A program made the position numbers and the translations under genes. Positions 48,670 through 60,330 of a stretch of 64,000 nucleotides of DNA are shown piece after piece. How positions within the stretch are numbered: the first letter of the stretch is position 1; each line of letters starts with the position of its first letter. Below the pieces are notes generated by a model. The model had not been told where the DNA came from. It saw nothing but the letters and a program-made list of their open reading frames with translations, and did not search any database. This DNA is from Antechinus flavipes (Eukaryota), in assembly GCF_016432865.1 (NCBI RefSeq), contig NC_067401.1, positions 64,790,001 to 64,854,000 on the forward strand. The letters run 5' to 3'.

Positions 48670-50480
48670 ACTGCAGCATAATGTAATAGGAGACTTCAAT
48701 ACAATCCTTTCAGCTTTAAATAAAGCTAACCAAAAAAATTTAAAAGAAGTTAATTAAGAAAAATCAAATGTTAGAAAAGTTAATAATGATAGACCCATGA
48801 TAATTATTAAATGAGAGAGAATAAAGGAGATATATAATCTCAGCAGTATATGACTCCTTTTTCAAGCAAATGATCATGTACTAGAGCATAAAACTTCACA
48901 AACAAATGAGTAAAGTAGAAAAATTAAACATCCTTTACTGAACACAATGCAATAAAACAATAAAAAATTTATTTAATTTAATGTATATGTATATTTATGT
49001 ATATTTAACATATTTATATGTGTTATATTTTGTATAAATGATATAAATAAATGGCAACTAATAAAATTATTAATAGTTATCTGGAGACTAAATAAATTAA
49101 TCCTGAAGAATTGGTGGTGATCATAGAAATTATCATTTTATTAAAGATAATGAGGCAACATCAAATTTGAGGAAATGAAACCAAAGCAGTGTATAAGGGA
49201 AAATTATATCTCTAAACATTTTTATTAGCAGAGATAGACAGACAGTGAAATGGAGAGACAAAGATAGAGAGAGATAAAGACAGAAACAGAAACAGAGAGA
49301 CAGAAAGAGAGGGAGAAAACAAATTAGGTATGCAATTTTTAAAAGACCTAGAAAAATGACAAATTGCAAAGTGCCTATTAAACATTAAAATAGGGTAGCA
49401 GTGAGATGTTGTATGTGACTCACAGGGAGACAAGAATAAATACATTTTTAGCATCTCCTTTCCCCACTTTTTTTCCATTTTGTCTAAATCAAAAATAAAA
49501 TAAAAATCAGAGAAAGTAGATGGGAGAGTTTATGCTAGACAATGCAGATTGAAGTTCTAACTTAGTAAGGAAATAGCTCAACTCAATCAAAAAAGAGAGT
49601 CTTAAATCTCACCTAAGAAGAAACTCTCAGTCTCTATTATAGCAAAATGGTTATGAGGACATGATCAAAGTTCTACATGTCAACTTCTTCCCAAAATCTT
49701 TCTCTCTTCGTGTCCAACTATATGCTAATAAAACTGACAATTTAAATAAAATAAATACTAACAAAAAATCAGATGCCCATATTAACCAAATAACATAATC
49801 TCAGAAAAAAATTCAGCAGACTACAGATGAAATCCCCTAAAAATAAACCCCAGATGAATTTACAAATTCTATCAAATATTCAAAGAATAATTAATTTTAA
49901 TATTTCATAAACTATAAATAGCAAGAGTTGGAGCCCCACCAAATTCCTTCTATTATACAAATATAATCTTGAGATATAAAACAAAAAGAGTCAATGAACA
50001 TTAATGCAAAATTTTTACATATAATTTTAGCAAAAACCTTTAAACCATATAACATAGACTATACGCTATGCTCAGATTGGATTTATATAAGATTTAAGGT
50101 TTTATTTAAGATTAGGAAAAAATATAAATTAATTAAGCATAGTATTAACAAAACCAGCAAAAAGTATTATTATATCCATATCCAATAAAATTATATCAGT
50201 AGAACGTTTTTGACAAATTTCTATTAAATTTTATGTTAAATATTTCTGCTAAATAGACTAGAAAATTAGAAAATAAATTGATCTTTTCTTTAACATAATG
50301 GAATATCTAAACAATATATCTAAAACCAAAAGCCAGCATTATATGTAATGGGAATAAATTAATTTCCTTTCCAATAATATCAGGGGTGAAACAAAGATAT
50401 CCATTATTACCACTTCTATTTAGCATTGTATTAGAAATGCTAGGTATAGCAATAAGACAAGAAAAAGAAAATTTAAAAAT
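48670..50480 (+). mobile_element. Old LINE-1 ORF2 fragment (EN to RT), interrupted by low-complexity inserts
   Basis: gtaataggagacttcaataca (VIGDFNT); caggggtgaaacaaagatatccattattaccacttctatttagcattgtattagaaatgctaggtatagcaataagacaagaaaaag ([24 protein letters not shown]). Confidence 0.85.
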
Positions 50481-50548
50481 AGACATAGGAAAAAATATAT
50501 ATATATATATATATAAAGATATATGTGTTTATATATGTATATTTAATT

Positions 50549-50693
50549 GGAAGAAAAGAGAAAGAGGAAGGGAGAGAGGAAGAGGGAGAGACAGAAAGGG
50601 GAAGAGAGGGAGAGACAGAGACACACAGAGAGAGAGTGAGAGAGAGAGAAAAGAAGAGAGGGGGGAGGGAGGAGAGAGAGAAGAAGAAGAGGG

Positions 50694-50724
<31 letters not shown>

Positions 50725-50725
50725 A
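50549..50725. repeat. (GA)-rich simple repeat
   Basis: Direct reading. Confidence 0.92.
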
Positions 50726-50739
50726 GATGGAGAGCATAC

Positions 50740-51010
50740 TGGTCATCCCTCATTAGCTGAAATACCTTACCTCTTCTTGGCTTCCATCAAGACTCACTTC
50801 AAATCCCAATTCTGTAGGAAGCTTCTACTAATTTCTCTCCCCTGCTAGTGCCTTCTCTCTAAGACTAGTTACATTTACATGGTATATTTTTTGTATGAAC
50901 AATTTTTGCATTTGTTTTCCTCATTAAAATGTGAGTTATTTGTGTCAGGGAGAGGTTTTTGCCTTTCTTTATGTTCCTAATGCTTAGCACAGTGCCCAAC
51001 ACATTGAAAA
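50740..51010 (+). mobile_element. L2 3' end
   Basis: ttccatcaagactcacttcaaatccc...cattaaaatgtgagtt...gcttagcacagtgcc. Confidence 0.75.
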
Positions 51011-51159
51011 CACTTAATACATATTTGTGTACTAAACAATTGTGCCAAAGCACTAAAAGAGTATTAGCATATATGATCAAGAAAAAAACTGTGTGAAAAT
51101 TCTAAAGAGATGCTGAATTAATAGGTAATCACATTAAATTGGATCTCAGCAGAAATTTA

Positions 51160-51248
51160 CTGGAGAAAATAAAAGCAGAAGTACAGTTTAGTGGAAAGAG
51201 CACTGGATTCTGTATCAGAGGACATAGTTTTAAATCCAAGCTTGATAT

Positions 51249-51286
<38 letters not shown>

Positions 51287-51760
51287 CATTGGACCACAAA
51301 GACCTGAGTTCAAATACTGCCTTTAACAATAACTAGCTATGCATGAGCAAATCATATTATCTTTCTGATTTTCAGTATTATCTGCAAAATGGGACAATCA
51401 TATTTGTTGTGCTGATTTCATAGTTCTTGTGAGGATTAAATGAGATATTATACGTGAAGTGCTTTAAATAAGTATATAGAGGGAAAATATTATTATCAAT
51501 TATATATGTTAAATGACAAGATAAAGAGCAGGACTTGGAATCAGGAAGATCTGAGTTCAGATCTCACATTGACACTTACTATTTGTGTGATAACTAGGCA
51601 AGACACTCAACCACTTTGTGCTTCAGTTTCCTCACCTGTAAAATGGAATTATAATAGTATCTATTTCAGAAGGTTGTTGTGAGGATTAATTGAATTAACT
51701 AAAGCAAATAGTAAAGTAAAGCAACTAATGCAAATAAAGTGTTTTGGAAATCTTCAAATG
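51160..51760 (+). mobile_element. Tandem MIR copies, with a poly(A) run at ~51255-51285
   Basis: gacctgagttcaaatactgcc...; caggaagatctgagttcagatctc...cagtttcctcacctgtaaaatgg. Confidence 0.75.
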
Positions 51761-51769
51761 AAACTAAAA

Positions 51770-51772
<3 letters not shown>

Positions 51773-51814
<42 letters not shown>
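51773..51814. repeat. (TG)n microsatellite
   Basis: Direct reading. Confidence 0.97.
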
Positions 51815-51818
<4 letters not shown>

Positions 51819-51909
51819 AATGCTACAATTATAAAATGACTTTAATTTTCTACTCCTCAATTCCCCCAACTGAAAACAAAAAAGAATAAGAAAATTGGAA
51901 TAAAATAAT

Positions 51910-52080
51910 AGGTTTTTAACCTTTTTTATGTTATAGACTTTTCTGTCAATCTGGTGAAGCTTTTAGATTTCTTCTCAAAATAATGTTTTTAAATGCATAA
52001 AATAATATTCATTTGATGAAAAGGGAAACCAATTATTTTGAAATATAATTAACAAAATATTTTTAAAAACAAGTTTGATT
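51910..52080 (+). mobile_element. hAT-like non-autonomous element
   Basis: caatctggtgaagc...ttctcaaaataatgtttttaaatgcataaaataa...aaaccaattattttgaaatataatt. Confidence 0.65.
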
Positions 52081-52734
52081 AGATACTTTCTGAGCTACCT
52101 GCTGGCCCTAAATTCTATTACACTAAGAGATGAGTTATAAAAAAGATAATATACAGAGAGGAAGGCAGGCAATTTCTGAGGGGGCAAGGGGAATATTCAC
52201 AAAGGCAAAGAAAAATGAGTCACATATGAGGAGAAAAATTAAAGGGACAACAATGAGGGCACCAGTCAGAGGCAGCCAGGATGGTGTTGATGGATTGCCC
52301 CCAAGATGACATAAGGGCCTGCGGTTGGGACCATATGGTGGGAGTCTGGCTTTAAGGGGCAAAGGTGACTAAGGGAGAGCTATGATTCTGGGAAAAGAAA
52401 AGGGAAACGAAAATGCTTTTATGTAGTATTACCACCAAAAAATGACTGAAGTGTGGATCCACAAGGAAGGAAAAGAAGGCCAAGGACCACAGTGCAGAAC
52501 CTCATCCAAAATCTGGGTCAGATGACATGCTGGAACAAACTAGCATAATCTACATCCCGTTTCCCAGAGCTGCTCAGACTGTTGAGTTCATCAGATATGA
52601 TCCTTCCTCTCTGTGGTTAAGAATCTTGAAGTCTCTGAGGTTCAATGAAATGTAGAAGCCTAAAATCATTCATTTCAATTTTCTAAGCCTGTATATGGTT
52701 TTAATGTTCGTCAATAAGCACTTATTAAGTGTAT

Positions 52735-52936
52735 NNNNNNNNNNNNNNNNNNNNNNNNNNNNNNNNNNNNNNNNNNNNNNNNNNNNNNNNNNNNNNNNNN
52801 NNNNNNNNNNNNNNNNNNNNNNNNNNNNNNNNNNNNNNNNNNNNNNNNNNNNNNNNNNNNNNNNNNNNNNNNNNNNNNNNNNNNNNNNNNNNNNNNNNNN
52901 NNNNNNNNNNNNNNNNNNNNNNNNNNNNNNNNNNNN
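52735..52936. other. Assembly gap (N run)
   Basis: 202 N. Confidence 1.
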
Positions 52937-54084
52937 AAGTGAAAATCATTATACATTCTAGATGTATTCAGCACAAATGGAAGGTAATCTCAGAGGGAAG
53001 GCACTTGCTTTAAGAGAAGGGAGGGAAAGAAAGAACATTGGGAAAAGCCTTTTGCCAAATGGTGGGGCAGCTGCTTTTGTTTCCTTCCTGAACTGTTCTC
53101 CCCTCTTCTCAATCTATAGATATAGAAAATGTGAAGCAAATAATAGGAGGTGTGATGCCATCTATACATATAGACTGTCTCATTTTTTTAACTACAACTT
53201 AAAGGGGGAAGGAGAAGGGAATAAACATTTATATAACACCTAGGTGTCAAAAACTGTGTTAAGCACTTTTTACAAATATCATTTCATTTTATCCTCACAA
53301 TAACCATTTTACAAATGAGGAAACCAAAGCAAAGAGAAGTGACTTGTACATGGGGTCCGATTTAAACTATGGGTCTTATAGCTCCAGATCTAGCACCATA
53401 TCTACTTCTTCACCAAATTAACAGAATATTTTAGAATACTTTTCTCTCTGTCTCTCTCTCTTTTTCTGCAATTCAATATCACAAAATGTCAGAAGAAACT
53501 TGAAGCCCAGTGATAATCAATTCTTCCAGTTCACACAGGCAGTACAGTAGAAATATCTAGATTTTCTTTTTCTAGTTGAGTTACTCTTTTCACTAAGCCT
53601 CATTGCCTTATAAAGCCTAAGACATCTTTCTGAATATCCTCCATGATAGCATCTTTTATTTACTAACAGTAGATTTCAGAAGCTTCATGGTGTGTACAAT
53701 GGAAAAAGACTTAAGAGTTAGAAACAGGGTCAAATTCTGGCTTCAAATATTTAATACCTACATGATTTTGGACAATTCCATAAACTTTCTTGTGCAGGCC
53801 TTGAGGTAATGGATATAACAACCATGGATAGAAACAAAGCACTAAAGGGGGGAGGATTTTCTTTTATTTGACTAACAAAGCTATGTTTTGACTAGATCAA
53901 GAAAAAAATGTCTTCTAGTTTTGTTTCTCTGGAAAGAGATGTATTTACCACACTGGAATCTTAATGAAATAAAGACGTGTTTGATATCTATCTAGTCTCC
54001 ACCAAATGGAAAATGGTAAAAGGAAATTTCATTCTGGAATAAGATTAAATTTAAAAATATCTCTGAAAATTCCATCTCTAGAAA

Positions 54085-55330
54085 TGAGAAATTATGAAAT
54101 CAGTTTTCAAAGAAAGAAGTTTAAGATATCTATAACAATATGAAAAAATTCTCCAAATCACTAATAATTAGAGAATTATAAATTAAAACATTTCTGAGGT
54201 GCTACTTTATCTCCACCAGATTAGCAAAGATGACAAAAAAGAAAAATAACAATTATTGGAGGAGTCTGTAGAGAAATAGGTATACAAATGTGCTTTTTAA
54301 AATAGTTGATTCTAAATTTGCAATTAGCTTAATTGATTTAACTAACTTTCTTCCTACAGCCCCTCCCTCACTGAGCAATTATTAAAAAAAAAAACCCTAA
54401 AATTAAAGTTTTTAACATATAACTTCATAGTCCAGGAAAAACAGAAACAAATAAACAAAAATTCACATATGAACCATGTTTTAGAATGTTGTTCCTTTCT
54501 TCATTTTAAGTTAATCACCTCTATACAAAGGACATGGAATGTTTCATCATCACTTTTTGGTACTTGTAGTTTATCATTGTGTTGGTTCTAGTCTTTCAAA
54601 GATGTTTTTCTCTAAAATGTTGTTATTACATAAATTTCTCTATTTCTGGTCATTTTGATCTGCATCACTTGATATCCCAGTCTCCTCTCAAAATGAACAT
54701 TTTGTCATTTCTTAGACCACATTCTATTCCATTGTATTCCATTACTTTCATAGACTACAGTTTGTTTAGTCATTCTCCAATAGAACATTCCTTTCATTTC
54801 CAATTGCAGACTGCCACAAAAAAGTTGTTATTGAAATTTTATACATGTAGATCCTTTTTCTCTTTGTTTCATTTCTTTGGGATTACAAGCTAGTAGTGAT
54901 GTATTTGGGTCAAAGGGTAATTTTCTGGGAATACTTCCAAATTGTTTTCCATATACTAAAACAATGAGTGGAGCTCTATGAACTAATCTAGCAATTCTGG
55001 AAAACAACTTGGAACTCTGTCCAAATATTCACTAACCCATGCATATTCTTTCACCAAACCATACTACTTCTAAGTCCATATCAGAAATCATGGAAAGAGG
55101 AAAAAAGTCTATATATATGCAAAATATTAATTGTAACTCCTTTTACATTAGCAAAGAACTGGAATACTTGAATGAACAAGTGCAAAAGTGAAGTGAACAG
55201 AACCAGAACAACTTATAAAATAACAACAGCATCAAGAAAAATAACTGAAAGACTTCAAAACTTTATTCAATGCAAACATCATTTGAAAAGACTTATGATC
55301 CACCATCACCTGTCATCTTGTCATCAACTC
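54085..55330. mobile_element. Plus-strand L1 ORF2 C-terminal fragment interrupted by a minus-strand L1 3' fragment (~54295-54955)
   Basis: The plus part encodes a decayed MKKCSKSLIIRE.QIKT.LR..; it resumes after the antisense block with gtggagctctatgaact...ggaaaacaacttggaac. Confidence 0.7.
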
Positions 55331-55528
55331 ACCTCTTGACAGACAGGTGATGGGCTTAAGTTACAAAATACATCTTTAGTCACCACTAATTTTGGAATTA
55401 TTTGATAATGATATATAATACGATAGTGATAGTGTATATAATGATATGTAATAATTAATAATTTCTTACATGGTCTTTGTTTTTCTTTTCTTTTCCGGTG
55501 GAAATTGTGAAAAGCCACAGGAGAATGG

Positions 55529-55778
55529 NNNNNNNNNNNNNNNNNNNNNNNNNNNNNNNNNNNNNNNNNNNNNNNNNNNNNNNNNNNNNNNNNNNNNNNN
55601 NNNNNNNNNNNNNNNNNNNNNNNNNNNNNNNNNNNNNNNNNNNNNNNNNNNNNNNNNNNNNNNNNNNNNNNNNNNNNNNNNNNNNNNNNNNNNNNNNNNN
55701 NNNNNNNNNNNNNNNNNNNNNNNNNNNNNNNNNNNNNNNNNNNNNNNNNNNNNNNNNNNNNNNNNNNNNNNNNNNNNN
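55529..55778. other. Assembly gap (N run)
   Basis: 250 N. Confidence 1.
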
Positions 55779-55892
55779 GATATATATTTTTTTAATGGAG
55801 GAAAACAAGAAACAAGTTCAGACAAATAAGACAGATTTGAAAACTGTAAATCAAACTGTACATAATAGAGACCTAAAATTCAAGGTAAAATT

Positions 55893-56023
55893 NNNNNNNN
55901 NNNNNNNNNNNNNNNNNNNNNNNNNNNNNNNNNNNNNNNNNNNNNNNNNNNNNNNNNNNNNNNNNNNNNNNNNNNNNNNNNNNNNNNNNNNNNNNNNNNN
56001 NNNNNNNNNNNNNNNNNNNNNNN
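55893..56023. other. Assembly gap (N run)
   Basis: 131 N. Confidence 1.
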
Positions 56024-56255
56024 AGCTAAGTGGCACAGTGGATAGATCATTGAGCTTGGAACCAGGAAGACTCATCTTCCTGAATTCAAATCCAGCATTA
56101 GACACTTAAATCACTTAAACCCATTTACCACAGTTTCCTCATTTGTAAAATGAGCTGGAAAAGGAAATAGCAAACTATCCCAATATCTTTGCCAAGAAAA
56201 CCCCCAAAATAGGGTTAAGAAGAATCAGACAAAATTAAAGTGACTGGACAACTAT
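56024..56255 (+). mobile_element. MAR1-type SINE
   Basis: agctaagtggcacagtggataga...cagtttcctcatttgtaaaatgagctggaaaaggaaatagcaaac...ctttgccaagaaaacccc. Confidence 0.9.
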
Positions 56256-57874
56256 ATTTTGAGTTTCCTCCTCCATAAAAGGAGGTATATCAGACTAGAA
56301 GACTTCTAAGCAAGGAATGTCATTTAATCCCAATAATCTTACACCCCCCCCCAAAAAAAAAAAAAAACAACTGAAATGACTGAACAGCAACATATGCAAA
56401 TTCAGACCTAGAATCATAATCAAATGAAGGTACTCCATTTTTCCATAAACTCTCCATTCACATTTATAACTTTGCAAAAAAAAATTATATATATATATGT
56501 ATATATATACTTTGTCCAGATCACCACTCCCTTATGAATATTTTCCTCCTATTCAGATGTAAGATTCTTGAGGACAGGAACTATCTTCACTTTCGCATGT
56601 GTATCCCCTATGTTTTGTACAATGCTTGAGATAAATTAAGTACTTAATAAATGCTTTTTCAATTACTGATTCACTCATCAAATGAGAGATCAGAAGATCT
56701 GAATTAAAATCTCAGATCAGTCATTTGCTACCTGTGTGACCCCAGACAGATAACTTTAACTTTTCTGGGTCTCAGTTTCCTCATCTTAAAAACTGAGGAA
56801 ATAAAAGAGGCTATCTACAGCCCCAGATTGCTCTAAACCTTTGATCTTATAGAAAACTCAAGTTCTGGATATAAAAGGTTCTGATAGTCCTGGAACTTTG
56901 TACATTCTATATAATGCTGAGCAATTAAACCAAGTTGGGAGAGGAAGATGGAGAGAGAGGAGAAAGGGAAGGAGGCGAAGTAAAGCAAAAGAAAATGAGA
57001 GGAGGTAAAAATCATGTTAAAAGCAGCAGTCTGGAAAAGAACCTGGCTCTCCGCCTACAAGATAGACATCTGTAGGAAAAGGAAGGAACTGCTGATTAGG
57101 CAAGTACGTAAGAGCCAGCAGGCCTTAGCATCTAAAGGAAATCTGAGCCTATTCAAAGGAAATAAAAAAGAAATCTGATCCCAACTTAGTTGTCAATTGA
57201 TGGGAGATTTATGGTGTGACTGTCCCCCATCTCTGATTCAATTAAATCTTCGTAGTTTTTATCCTATTCAAACTCCCTCTTCTCTGTCTCCTATTTTACT
57301 GTTGAACAGATGAAAAAACTCAAGAGAAAAAAATTCAGAAGTTCCAGGAATAAAAAAGCCTGCACAACTGAGCCAGATGCTTACAAAGAATTGAATGGTG
57401 GGGAACACTTTGTTTTCAGAGTTCACCCAGTAGTTTACTCTCCCTGGATCACTAATTATATGGGGAAGCCCAGTCTAAACAGATGTTACCGATGAAAGTC
57501 ATGTTGCTTGGGTTATTCTGAAGTTCAACTTCCACTGTGTGACTGAGACATTACATCAAGAGTAAGTTCAAAAGATTCCTTTGAAAGGATCCTGATACTG
57601 GGGAACAGTTCTGTGTTAAACCTAAAAAAGCAGTAAACTATAGGTTGAGGGACCTAGATTCAAGTCTCATTTGTGCCCATTTGCTCTCTTGGTCAATGGG
57701 GAATTTCTCTGGTTTTGAGTTTCCTTCTCTGAAAAAGGAAGTATATCAGACTTGAAGACCTCTAAGCAGGAGTGTGCTGGTAAATGTTTACCAGTAGGTT
57801 TCCTTCTATGGGGGAAGAGGTGGAGTGGGAGAGGAAAGAAGGGCAGTAGAGTAGATGTATGGTTTTTTTTTTTA

Positions 57875-58095
57875 TTGTTGTTCAGTCATATCCTACTTTT
57901 TATGACTCCTTTTGGGGTTTGCTTGGCAAAGATGCCGGAATGACTTACATTTCCTTCTCCAGCTCATTTTACAGATGGGGAAACTGAGTCAAACAGGGTT
58001 AAGTGGCTTTCCCAAGGTCACAGAGTTAGTAAGTTTCTGAGGCTAGATTTGAATTCAGATTTTCTTGATTATCCAGTGAACTACCTAATTGCCCA
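57875..58095 (-). mobile_element. MAR1-type SINE
   Basis: ttgttgttcagtcatatcc...ttggcaaagatgccggaatg...cagctcattttacagatggggaaactgag. Confidence 0.9.
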
Positions 58096-58144
58096 TAAAT
58101 ATATGTAGGACTCACTTTTAAGCTTAACTTACATTATTCAAATT

Positions 58145-58385
58145 TTCTCCTTCATTCATCATATCTAGGTAATAAAGAGCACAAAGGAAATCTTGTAGGT
58201 GATGTTTTGACTTGCTAGTGATTTGGATTTAAGCAAGGCAGAGCTGAGCAAAGTCAAGTCATCAGCCTCTCTTTCTTTTCCAGAACCAGTCCAATAGCAA
58301 AATATAGATAAGGATATCTGGAGATGGCTCTGAATGCAATGAGAGTCCTTGGCGTGTTTAAGTTAAGATATTCTTTAGATCTGTT
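58145..58385 (+). mobile_element. MdoRep1-like SINE (diverged)
   Basis: gatttggatttaagcaaggcagagctgagcaaagtc...ggagatggctctgaatgcaatgagagtccttgg. Confidence 0.6.
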
Positions 58386-58474
58386 TTTCAAAAGCAAAAG
58401 ACAATCAATAATTAAGAGTAATAAGAAATAAGACCCCAAAATGACCTCTTTTCCTATCCAAAAAAAGAGGGGAA

Positions 58475-58600
58475 GGGGTACAGTGTTTAGAGTGCCAAGC
58501 CTTACAGTCAGGAAGACCCCCTTTTCTTGAGTTCAAATATGGCCTCAGACACTTACTGTGTGACTCTAAGTAAGTCTTTTAACCCCCTTTGCCTCAGATA
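58475..58600 (+). mobile_element. Short tRNA-CORE SINE (WSINE-like)
   Basis: ggggtacagtgtttagagtgcc...caggaagac...gagttcaaatatggcctcagacacttac...ttgcctcag. Confidence 0.7.
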
Positions 58601-58834
58601 ATCAAGAAGACCATTAATCAAGCCCTGATTTCTTGCAATTGCCTATTTCAGAATTGTAAATGCTCACACTGAAAATATAATAATCAGCTTCCTAAGCTGA
58701 TTCAAGTTAGCTCTAAGGTAATTTCCAACCTGAACTATACATATACCCACTGTTGAATTTCAAGGTGAAACATGGGCAAATAGATTTAAACTATAGATTT
58801 ATAGTGAAAAGGGACTTTCAAGTTTGTCTGTTTC

Positions 58835-59010
58835 AGAAGTTCTTAATCTTTTTTGTGCCATAGGCTCCTCTGCTAGTTGAAGCCCATGAAAGCCTGGTGG
58901 AGTCTATGAATTCTTTCTCAGAATAATGTTTTTAAATGCATAAAATAAAATGTATAAGATTACAAAAAAAGCCCAAAGGTTGGTATAATTTTTTTCCCAT
59001 TCAAACTCAA
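58835..59010 (+). mobile_element. hAT-like non-autonomous element
   Basis: gaagttcttaatcttttttgtgccatagg...ctcagaataatgtttttaaatgcataaaataaaatg. Confidence 0.65.
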
Positions 59011-59809
59011 GAACTCTCTTGAAATTGTCCCTGCTCTACTCTAACCCTTACATTTTACAAATTGATAACACATCTCTCAACCAAAGTCACCCAGATAGAA
59101 AGTCTAGAGCCACAAAATCATAGAAGATAGACCTAGAAGAGATCTTAAAGGTCAACTAGACCAAGGTCTTCATTTTACAGAAAAGGAAATTGAGTCCTAG
59201 AGAAATCTAGTGTCATGTCCCCAAACCTCTTAACCACTTCCATATGTATTTATGATGTAAGACAGTCATGGGGAAATAACAGAAGAAACAACATAGAGAG
59301 ATACTTTTGAAGTTGGTTTGTTTGTTTTTTAAAAGACATCAAATCTAGATTTCAATATTCCAATAGTTGTGTATTATTGGGCAAGTCACTTAAACTTCCT
59401 AGATCTCAATTTTCCCTTCTGTGAAATGGGGATAATAACAGCATCTACTTCCCAAGCTTGTTTTTTTGAAAATAAAAATTAGCTATTTGTAAAGTGCTCG
59501 AATATTTTAAAAATACAATATAAATAATGACTATAGTTAATATTATTGCTATTATTATCATCATCATTAGGTGAATGAGAAGGTATAATAATGACTTTTT
59601 CTCCAGAACCACAAATTGCATTTTAAATACTATCTTTTGGTTTTTCTTTGAGTTTATGAGTTTGACAGCTCTAGTCTATGAAGTCGTCAGGGAGCCGGCC
59701 TGGTAATTTATCCTGTGAGTCACAAGACAAACATTTAGTCTCAATAGTAAAAGTACATTATAGAGAAAGTGCGAGTAATCCTAATTTCTCAGAACAGTAA
59801 TAACCCCAA

Positions 59810-59828
59810 TCTCCACTAGGTGGCAGTG
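59810..59828 (+). promoter_or_regulatory. CTCF core motif (forward orientation)
   Basis: TCTCCACTAGGTGGCAGTG; the core CCACTAGGTGGCAG is a near-consensus CTCF site. Confidence 0.7.
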
Positions 59829-59989
59829 ACGTCCAAGCAACAATTGATGCAATGAGAGCACCCAGGCTGGGAAATTGGGAGGCTTGGGAGGAATTAACAT
59901 TATCAAGCTTCAGATAACTTTCCATTCCTTCTACCCCATTTTCTTAGTAAACTAGGTCTACCCTAGAAAATCTCCATTTCCATCTTCCA

Positions 59990-60330
59990 TCACTTCCACC
60001 AGATAAACTGCTTTCTCCCCTCAAAGTCTTTGCTTAGAACCACTCCCTGGAATACCCTCCCCCATGCATTTCCACTTATTAAAATCCCTTCAATTTTACT
60101 CAACTCAAACCCCATCTCTTCAGTGAAACTTTCCCTGATTGCCTAGGACCCTTATCGCTTACTGTGGAAATTTCTAGCTCTTATTCCCCAAGCTTATCTC
60201 TTTACCCCATTAAAAATGCTGCCCTGAAGGGCAAGATTCTCTTTTCATGGATTTTTTCTTTTTTGGATTGCTCACAGTGCTTAACACAACATTTTTCATA
60301 TTTTACGTGTTCAATAAATTTTTGTTGAGT
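59990..60330 (+). mobile_element. L2 3' end
   Basis: ccctggaataccctccccc...ctcaaaccccatctcttcagtgaaactttccctgatt...gttcaataaatttttgttgag. Confidence 0.7.

Noticed and set aside
50386-50848. R/E-rich and S/L-rich ORFs (also 10757-11088, 15454-15737)
   Set aside because: Translations of GA/CT simple repeats; the N-terminus of the 50386 ORF is decayed L1 RT.
52130-52640. Possible processed pseudogene or endogenous viral fragment in purine-rich unique sequence (also 1190-1500, 19320-19720)
   Set aside because: No frame gave a recognisable protein, and no poly(A)/TSD was found; a blastx search would be needed.
57483-57561. Plus-strand open segment DVTDESHVAWVILKFNFHCVTETLHQ ending at GA|GTAAGT
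   Set aside because: The acceptor lacks a polypyrimidine tract and the peptide is not recognised.
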